Shown here: piece after piece, positions 1 to 15,185 of the stretch
How the letters are laid out: each line of letters starts with the position of its first letter
Numbering within the stretch: the stretch's first letter is position 1
Assembly: GCA_951406725.2 (NCBI GenBank)
Contig: OX597814.1
Coordinates: 30,690,001-30,754,000 of the forward strand
Reading direction: 5' to 3'
Source of the DNA: Octopus vulgaris
Taxonomy: Eukaryota
Length of the DNA stretch: 64,000 bases
Position numbers and translations under genes: made by a program
The notes under the pieces: generated by a model
The model's database searches: none
What the model saw: only the letters and a program-made list of their open reading frames with translations
Told to the model about the DNA's origin: nothing

Positions 1-653
1 TAGTGGTCTGATGAAACGTACAGAAAAATGGAAGCTTCGAGTATAAGAAGAATAAATTAAATAAACAGACGATGAAACATATATGTATTACTCTTTCTCT
101 TGTTTAATTTACTCCTCGTACATGCACGTGAGTTTCTGTAAAGTAGTCTTATATCACTCAAACAAGATATTTAGTCACTGAGAGCGTTTAAGGACTCAGT
201 TGGTAAGTTGGTGCTATGACTTTAATGTCTAAGTGAATTAAGCAAAAGCAAAAAAAAAACAAACAAACAAAAAAACACAAATACACGAAGTAAAGAAGAT
301 ATGGAATATTTACAGCAGTTTATTGCACGGAATGATAAATGTTTCGGTGATTATCCGTATCGACAGCCAGTGTTGGACTAAAGAATCTTACTTGTTTAGA
401 CATAAATATGCAGCAGTTTTGATATCACGGAAAAGGAACGAGGTGGCTTCTCTCTCTCTCTTTCTTTTTTTTCTCTCTCTCTCTCTATATATATATATCT
501 GTGAGTGCGTATGTGTGTGTATATGTGTATATATAGATATATGTATATATATATATATATGTATATATAAATATATATATATAAATATATATGCATATGT
601 ATATAAATATAAATATATATATATATACGCCTGTCTGTATGTCTGTGTGTCTG

Positions 654-748
<95 letters not shown>

Positions 749-750
<2 letters not shown>

Positions 751-1470
751 GGAATATTACTCCAGATTTAGAAAAATATGGCAGTCGGATCTCTTCTCTT
801 TCAAAAAGACAATATCCTACAATGCCTTTTCATCTCTGGTGCTGATTTCAATATTTGAGATTCTTGACTGGTCAGTAGACGAATTCCATTGCATATGCGG
901 TAAAACTTGCAAGACGCTGACAGCAACTGGAGATTTCCACAGATATAATGATGTCTACAGGTTCTATCTAAGGAAAAATAAAGATGGTACAGGTTTGAAA
1001 TCAGTGCAGGCAGCCTTCGAATGTCGTATAGTCACTTTTCAGACAGCGTTTACTAAACAACAGCAGCGAAAATAAATACATTAAGTTAGTGCTGAAAATC
1101 GAAAAGAATAATACCCTACGTATCGGCAGGGCTCTCTAGAAGTTCCTTCTTCCTGGTGATCTTCAATACAACCCTCAAAACAGCCAGACTAACATACCAC
1201 AAAAAACAAAAGCTAAAAAACTACGCATGGGTATGTTTCCCGAAGACAGTAATATTGACATGAAGCGAAGCCTCCCTTGGACTTGTAATCGCTATAATAC
1301 ATCATACGTTGAAGGTTATGCATTTGCAATACAAGAACAAGAGATTGCTACTAAATACCTAATCAACAAAAGAGACAGTGATGCCATTGGAGCTCCATGA
1401 CGCAACCGAAAATGTAAATTATAGCATATTTCTCTGGAATACATCACATAGCTGCCTACAAAATGTCTTC
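749..1470 (+). pseudogene. Decayed R4/Dong-like non-LTR retrotransposon ORF fragment (post-RT region to CCHC finger)
   Basis: Translation EYYSRFRKIWQSDL...KTCKTLTATGDFHRYNDVYRFYLRKNKDGTGLKSV, then EGYAFAIQEQEIATKYLINKRD...RKCKL* with stops. It resembles RLE-clade LINE motifs (FHxxSDVDRLYLxRxxGGRGL; EGxxxAIQEQ). Family assignment is from recall. Confidence 0.7.
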
Positions 1471-1483
1471 AAAGCAAACCTCC

Positions 1484-1858
1484 CTTATTTCTTTATTGCC
1501 CGCAAGGGGCTAAACGTTGAGGAGACAAACAAGGACAGACAAACGGATTAAGTTGATTACATCGACCCCAGTGCGTAACTGGTACTTAATTTATCGACCC
1601 CGAAACGATGAAAGGCAAAGTCGACCTCGGCGGAATTTGAACTCAGAACGTAACGGCAGACGAAATACCTGTTTCTTTACTATCCACAAAGGGCTAAACA
1701 CAAAGGGGACAAACAAGGACAGACAAATGGATTAAGTCGATTATATCGACCCCAGTGCGTAACTGGTACTTATTTAATCGACCCCGAAAGGATGAAAGGC
1801 AAAGTCGACCTCGGCGGAATTTGAACTCAGAACGTAGCGGCAGACGAAATACCGCTAT
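1484..1858 (-). mobile_element. tRNA-derived SINE family A, tandem dimer
   Basis: Two head-to-tail copies with B-box-like GAGTTCAAATTCC on the minus strand; matches many other copies in the window. Confidence 0.85.
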
Positions 1859-2419
1859 GTTTGATTTATACCAATTATAACTGGTGCTTTTAGTTTTGTG
1901 AGTAAATGCATAAATGGAATCTAGATAAGCTGGGGTTTTCAGATAAAAATTCAACCAACTTCGCACATTACAAATACAATCTGTAAATGGCACAGTAAAA
2001 ATATGCAAGACTTTTCACAACTTTAAATTGTGGCATTGTTTTTGTTATCGACATTCCAACGATGGAGCTTTGTATATTTGTCAGAGGAAGAATTTACATA
2101 ATCAAAAACAGAAGAGAACATATCTACATACATTTCTAAGGCATTTCAAAGTTTCTCCATCTGAGATTCTTTAAATGAATATATGCACACGGTTGCGTGC
2201 ATCTGCAAGTACACATATTTAAAAAGTAATGATGTACACGCAGATTTTCTCTCAATTACCCAAGCAGTAAAGAGACATCCTCATATGGGATATGAATGCA
2301 TGGGTATAAACCCAATTGTATATACAAACTCAGCTACATGTTTGCAATCTCTTATATCTTGGCTTGTTCCTTGAACCTAAGAACTTGAATAAATCTCTAA
2401 GTAAAGCATAAATACACAC

Positions 2420-2420
<1 letters not shown>

Positions 2421-2450
<30 letters not shown>

Positions 2451-2835
2451 TGTATGTATGTATGTATGTATGTATGTATGTATGTATGTATGTATGTATG
2501 TATGTATGTATGTATGTATGTATGTATGTATGTATGTATGTATGTATGTATGTATGTATGTATGCATGTGTGTATGTATGTATGCAGGCATGTATGTATG
2601 CATGTATGTATGTATGTATGTATGTATGTATGTATGTATGTATGCAGGCATGCATGTATGTATGTATGTATGTATGTATCTATGTATGTATGTATCTATG
2701 TATGTATGTATGCAGACATGCATGTATGTATGTATGTATGTATGTATGCATGTGTGTATGTATGTATGTATGCATGTGTGTATGTATGCATGTGTGTATG
2801 TATGTATGTATGTATGTATCTATCTATCTATCTAT
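2421..2835. repeat. (TATG)n microsatellite
   Basis: Directly visible tetranucleotide run. Confidence 0.95.
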
Positions 2836-3068
2836 TTAAAACCTGTAGAAGTTACTATGTGACTTAGTGGTCCAAAGTTTCGTTTTGTGTATTTCACTTA
2901 AACTGCACTTGTTTTGATTCTATTTATAATATTTGTACTATTGTACTACCAAACTTATATATATATATGTTTATATATGTGTCTGTGGGTGTGTGTTTAT
3001 ATATATGTTTATATATATGTGTTTGTGTTTACAAGCATATAAACATATATGTTTATATATATATATAC

Positions 3069-3121
<53 letters not shown>

Positions 3122-3717
3122 CATGTATGAATGTATGTATGCGCGTGCGTATGCATGAGTGTATTTATGTATGTACTGGGAAAATTGATTCAATATCTCA
3201 GGTGGAAAAAAAATAGACAAACATTTTATAAGACCCTTATACACATGTGTTTTACACAGACATATATCCAAGAAACTTAACAAATATGGAAAGGGGACCT
3301 TTGGTATTCATCGCTAATACACATGTTTACATTTACAAGCATCATATACAAGTTTTAAGTTTAAAATTTATTTAACATTTCAAATTTTTGAAAAAGAGTT
3401 GCAAATACTAATGAAAACTCAAAGAGGAAAATGCAAAAAGGAAAGCGAAAATAAAACGAAAATGCCTGAACGGAAAGAGAGAAAGAAAGAGAGAAAGAAA
3501 GAGAGAAAGAGAGAGAGAGAGAGAGGTAGAGAGAGAGAGAGTGAGTGAGAGTAGGAGAAGGAAGAAGTGAGAGAGAGAGGTGAGGTATTTGGGAAAGAAG
3601 ATCAGATATTTTCAATAATTCTTTTAAATAGTTCTCTTGCGTTGAAGTTTTGGCCACGTAAAATATTTCTTTATTTCATCCCTCCTTGGCATATTGCTAT
3701 ACTTACAATCACATACG

Positions 3718-3817
<100 letters not shown>

Positions 3818-3943
3818 ACACACATGTATGTAAATATATGTGTGTGTTTGTGTACACAGAAAAACGGGAGAGAGTTGGTCAGGAATCATTAAAAAGTTAT
3901 ATGTATACATAAGTATCCATGTATATATATGTATCAAACATTC

Positions 3944-3988
<45 letters not shown>

Positions 3989-4098
3989 AACATTCATACA
4001 TACATATATTCTATATATATATATATATATATATACAAACATTCATACATACATATATTCATATATATATATATATATATATATACAAACATTCATAC

Positions 4099-4149
<51 letters not shown>

Positions 4150-4176
4150 GTGTTTGTATGTATATATATATATATG

Positions 4177-4218
<42 letters not shown>

Positions 4219-4220
4219 AA

Positions 4221-4266
<46 letters not shown>

Positions 4267-4347
4267 TTCATAAATATCATTTATTGCTTTGCATTCTCTC
4301 CATGGCGTCTATGTTTTTTATCTTTGATATCTTCTGAAGGAAGTAAG

Positions 4348-4381
<34 letters not shown>

Positions 4382-4567
4382 ATGTGTGCATGTATATATA
4401 TATATATATTTGTGTGTATAGGTATATCTATAGGTAGGTGTGATTGTATGCACATATGTATTCATATACACACCCATATGTGTAAGTGTATGTTTGTGTC
4501 TGTATGTATGCAAGAAAGAATCAAAGGCAGTTTATACCAATAATATCAACCTAATAACTACCAATAT

Positions 4568-4625
4568 CAACAGCAGCAGCAGCAGCAACAACAACAACAA
4601 CAACAACAACAACAGCAGCAGCAGC

Positions 4626-4672
<47 letters not shown>

Positions 4673-4843
4673 CTACAACAACAACAACTATAACAAGTAC
4701 GACGAATGCAAGTATTGCCTTGCAACGTTTATTTGCGTATTATTGCATAGAGAAAGATGGCCGTGGTGGGAATATCACAGGTTATTTGATGTTTCAATTG
4801 TTGGAAAACAACAACGAGAACAACCACGAGAACAACAACAACA

Positions 4844-4898
<55 letters not shown>

Positions 4899-5020
4899 TT
4901 ACTACTACTACCAGCACCACTACCACGATCATCATCATCATCATCATCGTCGTCGTCGTCAGCATCATCATCACCACCACCACCACCAACACCATCATCA
5001 TCATCATCATCATTATCATC
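4568..5020. repeat. Compound trinucleotide microsatellites (CAG/CAA/CTA/CAT/CAC)
   Basis: Directly visible. Confidence 0.9.
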
Positions 5021-5337
5021 AATATTTTTGAAAGTGTTGTTGTTTGTGTTTTTTTCTTTTGGTGGCGGAAGTATCTTCAGATTCCCTTTCATCTGCCCTT
5101 ATTCGTAGTTCCCTTTTAATATGAAATACAAACCAACCCTAAGCCAGTCAGTCATGCAGTTGTTTAGTTGTTTACAAAGCGAGGGTTGGTCAACGTTCCT
5201 TCGCATCTACTTTTATTTATCCTTTAATAATAATGCTATACTAATCGTTGTTTACACTTTGATCAATGACTTAGCGCTTCACTTTTTACTCAAATCAAGC
5301 CTCGCAACTGACTGCCCGCTTAACCGAATGCCCCACG

Positions 5338-5369
<32 letters not shown>

Positions 5370-5398
5370 TTTTTCTATCCTTCTTTCTTTCATTCTTT

Positions 5399-5460
<62 letters not shown>

Positions 5461-5487
5461 TATATATATGCATGTATATATATACAT

Positions 5488-5528
<41 letters not shown>

Positions 5529-5535
5529 GATATAT

Positions 5536-5574
<39 letters not shown>

Positions 5575-5585
5575 TATATATATAC

Positions 5586-5616
<31 letters not shown>

Positions 5617-6139
5617 CATGTAGATATATGTTTATATATATATATATAATTATATATATGTTTATATATATGCATGTATATATATACATATATATATACA
5701 TGTAGATATATGTTTATATATATATATATATTTATGTATATATATATATATTTATGTATATATATATATATTATGTGTTTGTGTTTATAAATATATTTAT
5801 ATATACATATATGTACATTTATATATGTGTAATATATGTGTGAATCTGCCTTATGTACGCGTCTATCTATTTATACACATACAAATATATCCATATATAC
5901 ATATATACACACACCCGTGCGCGCACACACACACACACAAATACACATACACGCAGTTGCACACACACATACGCGCACACTCATTCACACACACACACAC
6001 ACACACATATGCACAAGCACATATGTCATAACTATATTTTATTCGGTTGTGAATCTTTAAAAAAAGTAAGCATTAATGTTTAAAGAAGGAAGCGAAAGAA
6101 GGAATAAGAACGGAGAAAGAGAGAAAGGGAGAAAGCGAG

Positions 6140-6173
<34 letters not shown>

Positions 6174-6436
6174 CCGTCTTTGTGTGTGTGTGTGTGTGAG
6201 TGCTTTTGCGCGCGCGTAGGGATCGTAGGGAATGACACAAGAAAAGCAAAGACAGTAAAACAATTATACTTCATAGAAAATAAGATACGCTTCTCAGTGG
6301 GTGGGATGCGTATATATATGTATTTACGTACGAACCCTATTTATGAAATATGGGCATACGTATTTATGTATTTATGAACGTACATATGTATTAATGTATG
6401 TGTATAGTACATGTAGGCATGTATATTTCTATGTAG

Positions 6437-6495
<59 letters not shown>

Positions 6496-6503
6496 ATTCT
6501 ATC

Positions 6504-6610
6504 TTTCTTTTGTTTTTTGTTTTTTTTATAGTTTTTTCATCCCACAAAAGAAAAGCTCTACCTTGTAATTTGTCCCATCTGTGTGCAACCCTGTGTGGCC
6601 AATAAAGAAA
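6504..6610 (+). mobile_element. 5'-truncated 3' end of the Tx1-like LINE, inside (TATC)n
   Basis: AAAGAAAAGCTCTACCTTGTAA...AATAAAGAAA matches the 3' end of the 24284-25554 element; TATC repeats on both sides. Confidence 0.85.
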
Positions 6611-6611
6611 C

Positions 6612-6693
<82 letters not shown>

Positions 6694-6696
6694 GTC

Positions 6697-6739
<43 letters not shown>

Positions 6740-6926
6740 CTGTCTGTCTGTCTGTCTGTATGTGTGTGTGTGTGTGTCTGTCAGTCTCTCTGCCTGTCTA
6801 TCTGTCTGCCTGTCTATCTCTCTGTCTATCTCTCTGTCTGTCTTGCCTGTCAGTCTGTCTGTCTGTATATCTATCTCTCTATCTTTCTACCTACCTATCT
6901 ATCTCTCTCTCCTACCTATCTATCTA

Positions 6927-7001
<75 letters not shown>

Positions 7002-7026
7002 GTCTGTCTGTGTGTCTGTGTGTCTG

Positions 7027-7123
<97 letters not shown>

Positions 7124-7209
7124 GAATATCCATCCATCAACACACACACAAGCATAAGAATCTATACATTTGCTTCGCAGTATGGTGTGGAATACGAGTG
7201 TGTCGATGT

Positions 7210-7277
<68 letters not shown>

Positions 7278-7392
7278 TAAATATTGTACAGATGTGTAAG
7301 AAGTATCACAGCACATGTGAAGACGAAGGCTACCACGGATATAATTGCAGTCATTACATATACAGCCTTCCTTTTGTTATCTATATCTACAT

Positions 7393-7431
<39 letters not shown>

Positions 7432-7885
7432 GACATACACTGTGTGTATGTACATCTATGTTTAAAGTAGTATCCTGAAACGAACATTGACCGCCGACAG
7501 TCTTTCCATAACCACAAACGATCGGTGAACTCTCAGAAGAAAAAAAAACAAAACACAAACACAGTATTTGTAAAATATATGGTTTTAAATCAAAACGAAA
7601 ATGTTATATGCAAACATAGAGAAACAATCAAAAATATTAGCCATAGTTGAAATTGGCTGGCTTATTATTGACTTCATCAAAGAAAACACACTCTCACACA
7701 AATTTGTGGGATGTAAAGAATAAGAGGGAGAAAAAAAAAACAAGGAAAAAGAAATCACAAAAAAAAAAACGATAAGAAAATGCAAAATAATAATGACATA
7801 GTGATGACAAAGATAACAATAAACGAATGAACATGCAAAAACACTCATAAACTCATAAGTAGGCATATATGCATACATACACACA

Positions 7886-7937
<52 letters not shown>

Positions 7938-7945
7938 CATACGTG

Positions 7946-7982
<37 letters not shown>

Positions 7983-8033
7983 GTATATATATTTATGTAT
8001 ATATATATATATATATATATTTATGTATATATA

Positions 8034-8100
<67 letters not shown>

Positions 8101-9181
8101 CATACACACGCGCGCACACCATACATATATATATATATATTTATGTATATATATATATAGAGAGAGAGAGGGAGAGACAGAAACAGAGAGGGGCATATAT
8201 ATATGTATGTGAACACACACACCTATATATATACGTGTGTGTATATATAAATATATGTACACATATATATATATACATATATATGCATATGTGTGTGTAT
8301 GTGCGTTTGAGTAATATGTGTGTTTATATAAACATGCATACATAAATGTGATTGTGCAAATACGGATATATGTATATGTAGAAATACATATATATATGCA
8401 TGTAAACACACACACACGCGCGCACATATATACATATATACATATATACATGCGTAGAGACAAACAGAGACGGTGGGAAGAAAATACCTGGACAGAATAT
8501 CTATATGAGATAACCTGCTGGAGTAATTTATTCATTTCTTTATTTGCTTTACATTTTTCTTCCAAAACTCTATATAGCAAAATATTACACACACACACAC
8601 ACACACACACGTGTGTGTGTGTGTATTTATATATATTTATATTGGGATTGTTTTCTGCTCTATACATTTCCTTTTATAACTTTAAGATTTGTCATTTACG
8701 TTTCATGTTAACTTGCTTATTTATACATCTATACACGTTCAGGCAATGTTGGCAAACATGTATTGTTCCATGATCAGTAACCTATACATACTCACTTATC
8801 CAAACATATACACTTATATTTATGTATGTATATGTATATCTATTTACGTATGTATTATATATATATATATATATATAGATAGATGTGTAGATATTGAATG
8901 TAGGCATACAAAGAGATAGAAATAATCACAAGGAAAGATGTGTAGATGTGTACATTATCTGTAAATGCATATACATTTAGAATCATATAAAAACATACAC
9001 ATAATCACATACACATATTCACGCACACATATTCACATGCAAGTATACACCCTGACACACAAACACGTGTGTGCGTGTGTGTTTATACCTAACTATGTAT
9101 CTATATATGTTCATATATGTTCATATGTATACATATGTACATGCGTATATATAAACATGTATATATATATATATTATATAC

Positions 9182-9214
<33 letters not shown>

Positions 9215-9956
9215 TACCTGTGTAAGCACACATATACATATTTACACACATGCACAAAAATACACACACATACACACACACACATACACATGATGTATTT
9301 ACATATTAGAGAATTTATTAGATCTATCAAGCTACCTAAACAGAAATTTCTTACTTCATAAAGAATATATCTGTGGGTTATATAAGTTATCTGCTGAACT
9401 TAAAGCATCCTGTATCCATTTAGTCACATATACACACACATATACATATACACGTATGCACAAATATACACATAAATACATACATACATACACACACCCA
9501 CAGATATACACAGTGACACCTCTTAACACAATATCAGGTTCACGTATATTCTCTTAGAATATTTCTGTTTCTTTGCAACTTCATTTGCAAATTTTAGTCA
9601 ACTTTGAATCCATTATTCCATATTTTTGCCCACGTCTATTTACTTGTTAATAAAGTATAATTAAATGAAAAAGTAAAAAACTAACGGAAACAATAATAAA
9701 AAACTACCAGAAGGGCAATATGTGAATCGTCTACGAAAAGAGTGAAAAATATTTGTTGACTTTCCAACAGCTTTCAATGTGAAAATATTAAATAATTATA
9801 GCTAAATCTAGCATAACGAAAACATTATTTAGCAAATATGCTTATTTCTTGAATATTATTTTACATTGAATTCAGATGTTATACACAATACTATGTATAT
9901 ATACATATATGTAGCATCGTTGTGAAGTGTAAAACGTAACTGTCACCATTACTATA

Positions 9957-10001
9957 TGAACCTGAAGATTGCATAGTTTAATGCATGAAAGTACTAGTTC
10001 A
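9957..10001 (+). ncRNA. Minimal type I hammerhead ribozyme motif
   Basis: TGAAC-CTGAAGA-T-TGCAT..ATGCA-T-GAAA-GTAC-TA-GTTCA. Stem I TGAAC/GTTCA, stem II 5 bp, palindromic stem III AGTACT, CUA cleavage triplet. Confidence 0.75.
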
Positions 10002-10094
10002 ATCAGAATGGATTGAATACGGGCCACGCTACACATGTGAATGTGTGAATTGGTTCATTTAAAGCATTGAGATATTGGAAAATTATTCTTTTCA

Positions 10095-10346
10095 ATGAGC
10101 TACACAAATGCATACAGACTAATAAATGATAGTTCCAAATGTAAAGAACAAAAATACGCCTTAAACAAAAAAATATGGTCAGAAATAACCAAGAGGACCA
10201 AAACAAGCGTGTGCTTGAGGACCTGTACATCTCAACACCAAGGAGGCCTAAACATTTCGACCATTAGTTATATGTATAGTAAAATTTCTTTGTGTATAAG
10301 CAGTAGTTTGAAGAGCTCAGATAAAAGCCTATGGCGCAAGATATAA
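10095..10346 (+). pseudogene. Possible highly decayed L1/Tx1-like LINE ORF2 fragment
   Basis: KKIW...QGGLNI...SLW spacing resembles the post-RT GGL motif of L1/Tx1 elements; weak. Confidence 0.35.
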
Positions 10347-11660
10347 AAAATGTGAAGGAGAATTCAAATACGTTCAATAATTTATATAAACCTATATTTT
10401 GCCATGGATCGATGTGTATCAGCTTTTAAATATACAAATGTATAAGCCATTAAAATATTAAAGCATATTAGACTACCTATGACTCGTTGGGTCACCAGGA
10501 AAGTCTGAGTCTCCCACAACGGAGTTTTGTTTCGTGGGTTTGTTTTTTCTTTTCCAGGTAATTTTGCATGCTTTCAACGAATGTGACATCGAAATCACGC
10601 GTAGGCGGCTCCTTTCTCCAGAAAAGGAAAGATTTGGCTGCTATTTCTTGCATGCCCTGCTACTACGAAACAGGTATTAATTCAAATAGCAGTTACATGG
10701 TAGCAGTGTGTGCGAGAAATAGCAGCCAAATCTTTGAAAGTGAGATACGTTGAAAGTACTAAAAAAACCTATGGAAAAAATTATTTCACACCAAGATTAC
10801 GAACGGGTCTTTTACGAAATATTTATGCGAAAAAAAAATTGTAATTGAAAATAATTAAAAAAAAAACATAAAAATATTGTCTGATTAAAGAAAGCTAAAA
10901 TATAAATACTTATTGTACAAATAACTTAAGTGAAACCACATTCACTTAAAAATATTTCTAAATGATTAAAATATTGTTTAACAAAGCGAAAATAGAAATA
11001 TTATCTCTAAAAAAACAAATCGTATTTTTCATTGTCAAGTCACTGTCTAATTGAAAGGTAAGATTTACTTCCCTTTCAGGCTTAGGTTAATTTTGGAAAC
11101 TTTTCCCATCATGCACCATTTTGGGTATTTATACCCCCAAAACACTTAATGTGTTCACAACCACTTATCCAATTTATGCGTAATTTGTTTCATTTCGTTC
11201 GTATTTACATTTCAAGGGAAACCTTATTCATAGTATTTTCGCATTATACTCTAGTTTGGCTGAGTAACATTGCAAGCAAGCAAGATTCAGTCTAACTTTT
11301 AATGTATTATAGATTAAAAATCTATGAATACATGATATAAAGATTTAATATACTTATATAAATAGATGAATGGGATTAAGTTACAAAAGTGTAGCTGTGT
11401 AAAAGTATAGATGTAGATTATAAAACTATATATATATATATATAGACATATGTAGAGACATTTAGAATTAAAGGCGGTGTAGAACGACGTTGTAAAAATT
11501 ATTCAAGAATAAATATTCCCTTACGAAAAGATGAATAAAATAGTCTTACAAAATGAACGAATAAAGAAAAATCATAGCGTTGAGATTGGTATTTTCAAAG
11601 AACATATGTAAATAATCCAAGAGAATAAGTAATCCTGTTTAGATAAACCATTGATGGTAA

Positions 11661-11753
11661 TCCTTTTACGGCCGTTTCAGGGGCAGAGTGATCCATAGAT
11701 TTTAAAGGTATTTTCACTCCAAAAATTGGATACTACCTCCTTCATCAGGGAAT
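11661..11753 (-). ncRNA. Hammerhead ribozyme-like motif with degenerate stem I
   Basis: Minus strand CTGATGA-AGGAGGTAG...CTGCCCCT-GAAA-CGGCCG-TA; palindromic stem III ACGGCCGT. Confidence 0.55.
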
Positions 11754-11831
11754 ACAATGTTGTACTGGGTAGATGAGAGTTAGTTATATAGGGAGGCGCA
11801 CTTGTTAAAAGGAAGATAATATATATTATAT

Positions 11832-12224
11832 GCTTCTTGTTTCAGTCTTTAAATTGCGGTCATGCTGGGGCGCCACCTTGAAGAACATTTAGCCAGATGT
11901 ATCGCCCCCGGTATTTATATTTTTAAAGCTTAGTACATATTCTAACGGTTACTTTTGCATAACTGTTAAGTTAGAGGACGTAAACACACCAACACCGATT
12001 GTCAAACGGAGTGAGGGCAAACACAGTCACAAGGACACACACACGCAAATCTCTCTATATATATGATAGGATTCTTTCAGTCTCCGTCTACTGAATTCAC
12101 TCACAAGGGTTTGGTCGACCCGAGGCAATAGTAGAAGACACTTGATCAAGTTGTACGCAAAGGGATTGAACCCGGAACCTTGTGGTTGGGCAATAAGCTT
12201 TCTACCACACAGCTACGCCTGCGC

Positions 12225-12225
<1 letters not shown>
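11832..12225 (-). mobile_element. tRNA-derived SINE family B (internal microsatellite), diverged copy
   Basis: Head GGCGCAGGCGTAGCTGTGTGGTA...GGGTTCAATCCC on the minus strand; 3' end GACTGAAACAAG; multiple copies in the window. Confidence 0.85.
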
Positions 12226-12259
<34 letters not shown>

Positions 12260-12270
12260 CACGCACACAT

Positions 12271-12306
<36 letters not shown>

Positions 12307-13277
12307 GAGAAAATATAGCCCTAATTATGTAAAAAAGATGAAATGATCATGGCTGTAGCACATTTGATCACAAATAAGATACCTCCGTACTGATCTGCAG
12401 TATAACAACTATAACAATGAGAACTATATTACAAGTTTCCACAGTTGAAGTATACACATTTCCTTTACTACACAACAATATATAAGGCAGGGAGGATATC
12501 ATTGTATGGTCCAAAAAGTTGTAAGATATAGCATCCTACTGTTTAAAGTAGATTATGGGCACATCGTACCAAGTAGTCATGAATACATAAATGTTGGGGA
12601 TGGTTGTGGCTGAAACACTGCTGATCAAAGATCAGCTGAATCAGAACAGGTTAATGCATTGCATACGTACAAAGGAACCTGTATGTTTTAGGTTCAACGA
12701 GGCCGTCATCTCTCAATATTTTATTTACTAATATAATCCATCGCGATGTTTACAATAAGGTAAAAGAAGTGGAAAGCAAGTAACAACAGGTGCACTTTTA
12801 GCAGCAGCAGCAACTACATCAGTAAACACCGTGGATTTAACAGCAGAAAGATAAAAGCAAAAATAATAACAGAATGTATGAACCAAACGACCATCGTTAT
12901 GATGAGCGAAGGCAGTATGTGAGCAATGCAATTTTACTTATAACTGTCTACAACAACAAGGGTTTCAGCAACGACTTTGTTTACTGCTAGAGGAAGAGAT
13001 AAAAGGAAATATCTTCATTTTCTTCTTTATCTTTTTTTTTCTGTGTCAGTGATAGTGGCTGAAGACCCACAGTTAACAGTATATATCATATCACAAAAAC
13101 AACAACAATGTTTTTCCATAATTTTCATGTCTTTCATCTTAACATATCTTACTAGCGCTCATTAGACAGTATTTTAATTTCCTGTGCTGATTCTTTGTAA
13201 TTCTGAGTAAATGCAATAAGCGTGATAGAATTCCACGCATCAGGTTCTAAATACTTTATATTCACAGAATCAACTTG

Positions 13278-13351
13278 GCGTTAAAAGTTTGTTTAAGTAG
13301 CCTCAAGGCTTCCGCCATCATTGGTAGCCTTTGATTATCTCATCAGAACAC
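13278..13351 (-). ncRNA. Decayed hammerhead-like motif
   Basis: Minus strand GTGTT-CTGATGA...TCAAAGGCT/AGCCTTGA...TAAA...AACGC. Stems I and II are retained; GAAA is mutated to TAAA. Confidence 0.35.
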
Positions 13352-14979
13352 TTCAATAGTGTATGAATATCTCCTCTCTCGGAAATTCCATTTTAAACGG
13401 ATTCAATAGAATGGACAGTCTCTGGGTGATTCGTCTAAATGTTAGAGACACTCTGAAGTGTATTAAATCGTCACTGGCAATCGCATATATACTACACCTA
13501 AAAATTATTTATCTGATCGTTCAATCAAATATCTACCTCACTTTATATTATAAATATACAAATTTTGACGAATGATTTTGTTTGTTGTAGTAAGACAATA
13601 TTCAAATGTTTATGTAAAAGTTAAAATATGTTAAATAATATCTATTGACTTAATGTAAATCATTATAAATGTATATTATATATTGATTAGATTCTGCGTT
13701 GTAGAATGAAATTGAGAATTCGGATTATTCTTTCACAAAACAAAAAAAGGAACAGAAACAATACCGTATCAGCAATTTCAGATCACATAGACCACTAACG
13801 CACGGTATTTTCCTCCTGGTGTATTGCGCCCATGTAAAATTCAGTGATTGTGGTGAATACTTTCAAATAAAAGTAAATCTTGTGTTGAAATGAGTCTAAA
13901 ATATTTAGACTCCACGCAATTTATCCTTCATCACGTACAAATCAGAGACAGCTCAGATTGATATAAGATTAGTTCTGTTTAACTCCCGAACATAACTTTC
14001 TGAGAGCAGATAAGAGCTTAATAAACTAGGATGAAGTGATTATCATACTCAGTTCAGGGAATAAATCTTATCGGAGATCAACGTCAATTTTTCATTCTAC
14101 CAAAGTTGATGAAATAAGAAACAAAAGTTGTCGGTCTGTGACTATGCGATAGACGCCATTTCTATGAAGTATTTAGAATTTATTTAAGAACACGCGTGGT
14201 AATTCGTTTCCCAACTGAAGACCTCGGGTGTCATGATTTATCCAAAGTCTAACACGATTTCTTTTCTAGAATAACATATTCTACTTCTCAAATACTTCAT
14301 AATGTTGCATTACGGTTTCTTTGGTAAAACTGTACCTAAAGTCTAGTATAAATTGTTCTAAATCTTTTACAAAGAGGGCGACCAAATCATTTGATTTACA
14401 CCACTCTTTACAACGTTAAATACAACTTAAGCAATATAGTTCTTAGGCTAGCTTCCAACAGCATAAATGTAGAGATTTATTTTATAGGTACATGCGTAAA
14501 AGTTTCTAGTTGTACTCTCCCACTGGCATTGAAGCCATTAGCTTATGTAGTGGATATCATCATATGCCCACTCAATGGTTGCTGCAAGACAGAGACCGTT
14601 CCTCTCTCAGCTTTATTTTATCTTTTTTCTCATTACTTTTCTGGTTTTTTTTAAAATCTCTCTCCTTGTTTACCCTCCCCACTTTACTCTACCTTACCTT
14701 GTTGGTTCTGTTTTTCCTTTAATTTTATCACATCCCCTTTCTCTCAGTTTATAATATTACCCTTCTTTCCTTCTTTCTTTATAACCTGGATGATATTTTC
14801 CTTTACCAGTTTTCATGAAAGGAAACGTAACTCTGCGAGCCTTAACCACGTATTATCATAAATTCACAAAAGGTATTTTTTCTTATCTTAACGTCCCAAA
14901 GAGATACACAAGCAAAATGGTATGATTAAAACCATATTCATCTTTTTCCCTTTTCTTCTCTATGCTCTTCTTTATTCTT

Positions 14980-15089
14980 CACTCTGATGAAGCTCTATGT
15001 TTCAGATCGGTTTTATTACCAAATATGATATTTTTAGCATATCAATGGCGATGCCATACAACATTGGAAGCAGAAACAGCTGTTAGATG
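14980..15089 (+). ncRNA. Hammerhead-like motif with long stem II insertion
   Basis: CTGATGA (14984) A-GCT-CT-ATGTT...AACAT-TGGA-AGC-A-GAAA-CAGCTG-TT-AGATG. Palindromic stem III AACAGCTGTT; stem I imperfect. Confidence 0.55.
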
Positions 15090-15185
15090 GGATGCAGTCT
15101 ATTTGTATTGAATTTAGGAATAATAATTGATGTAAGTCAATTGTTGTTCATCAATATTTCTCCAATTTCTGTGATATATATATAT

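Noticed and set aside
8-40. Isolated CTGATGA/CTGAAGA cores (also near 14216, 15739, 17354, 37490 and 53719)
   Set aside because: No convincing stem II, GAAA, NUH and stem I arrangement could be folded.
7277-7558. Possible host exon on the minus strand
   Set aside because: No recognisable protein similarity, it runs into microsatellite, and splice sites are unsupported.
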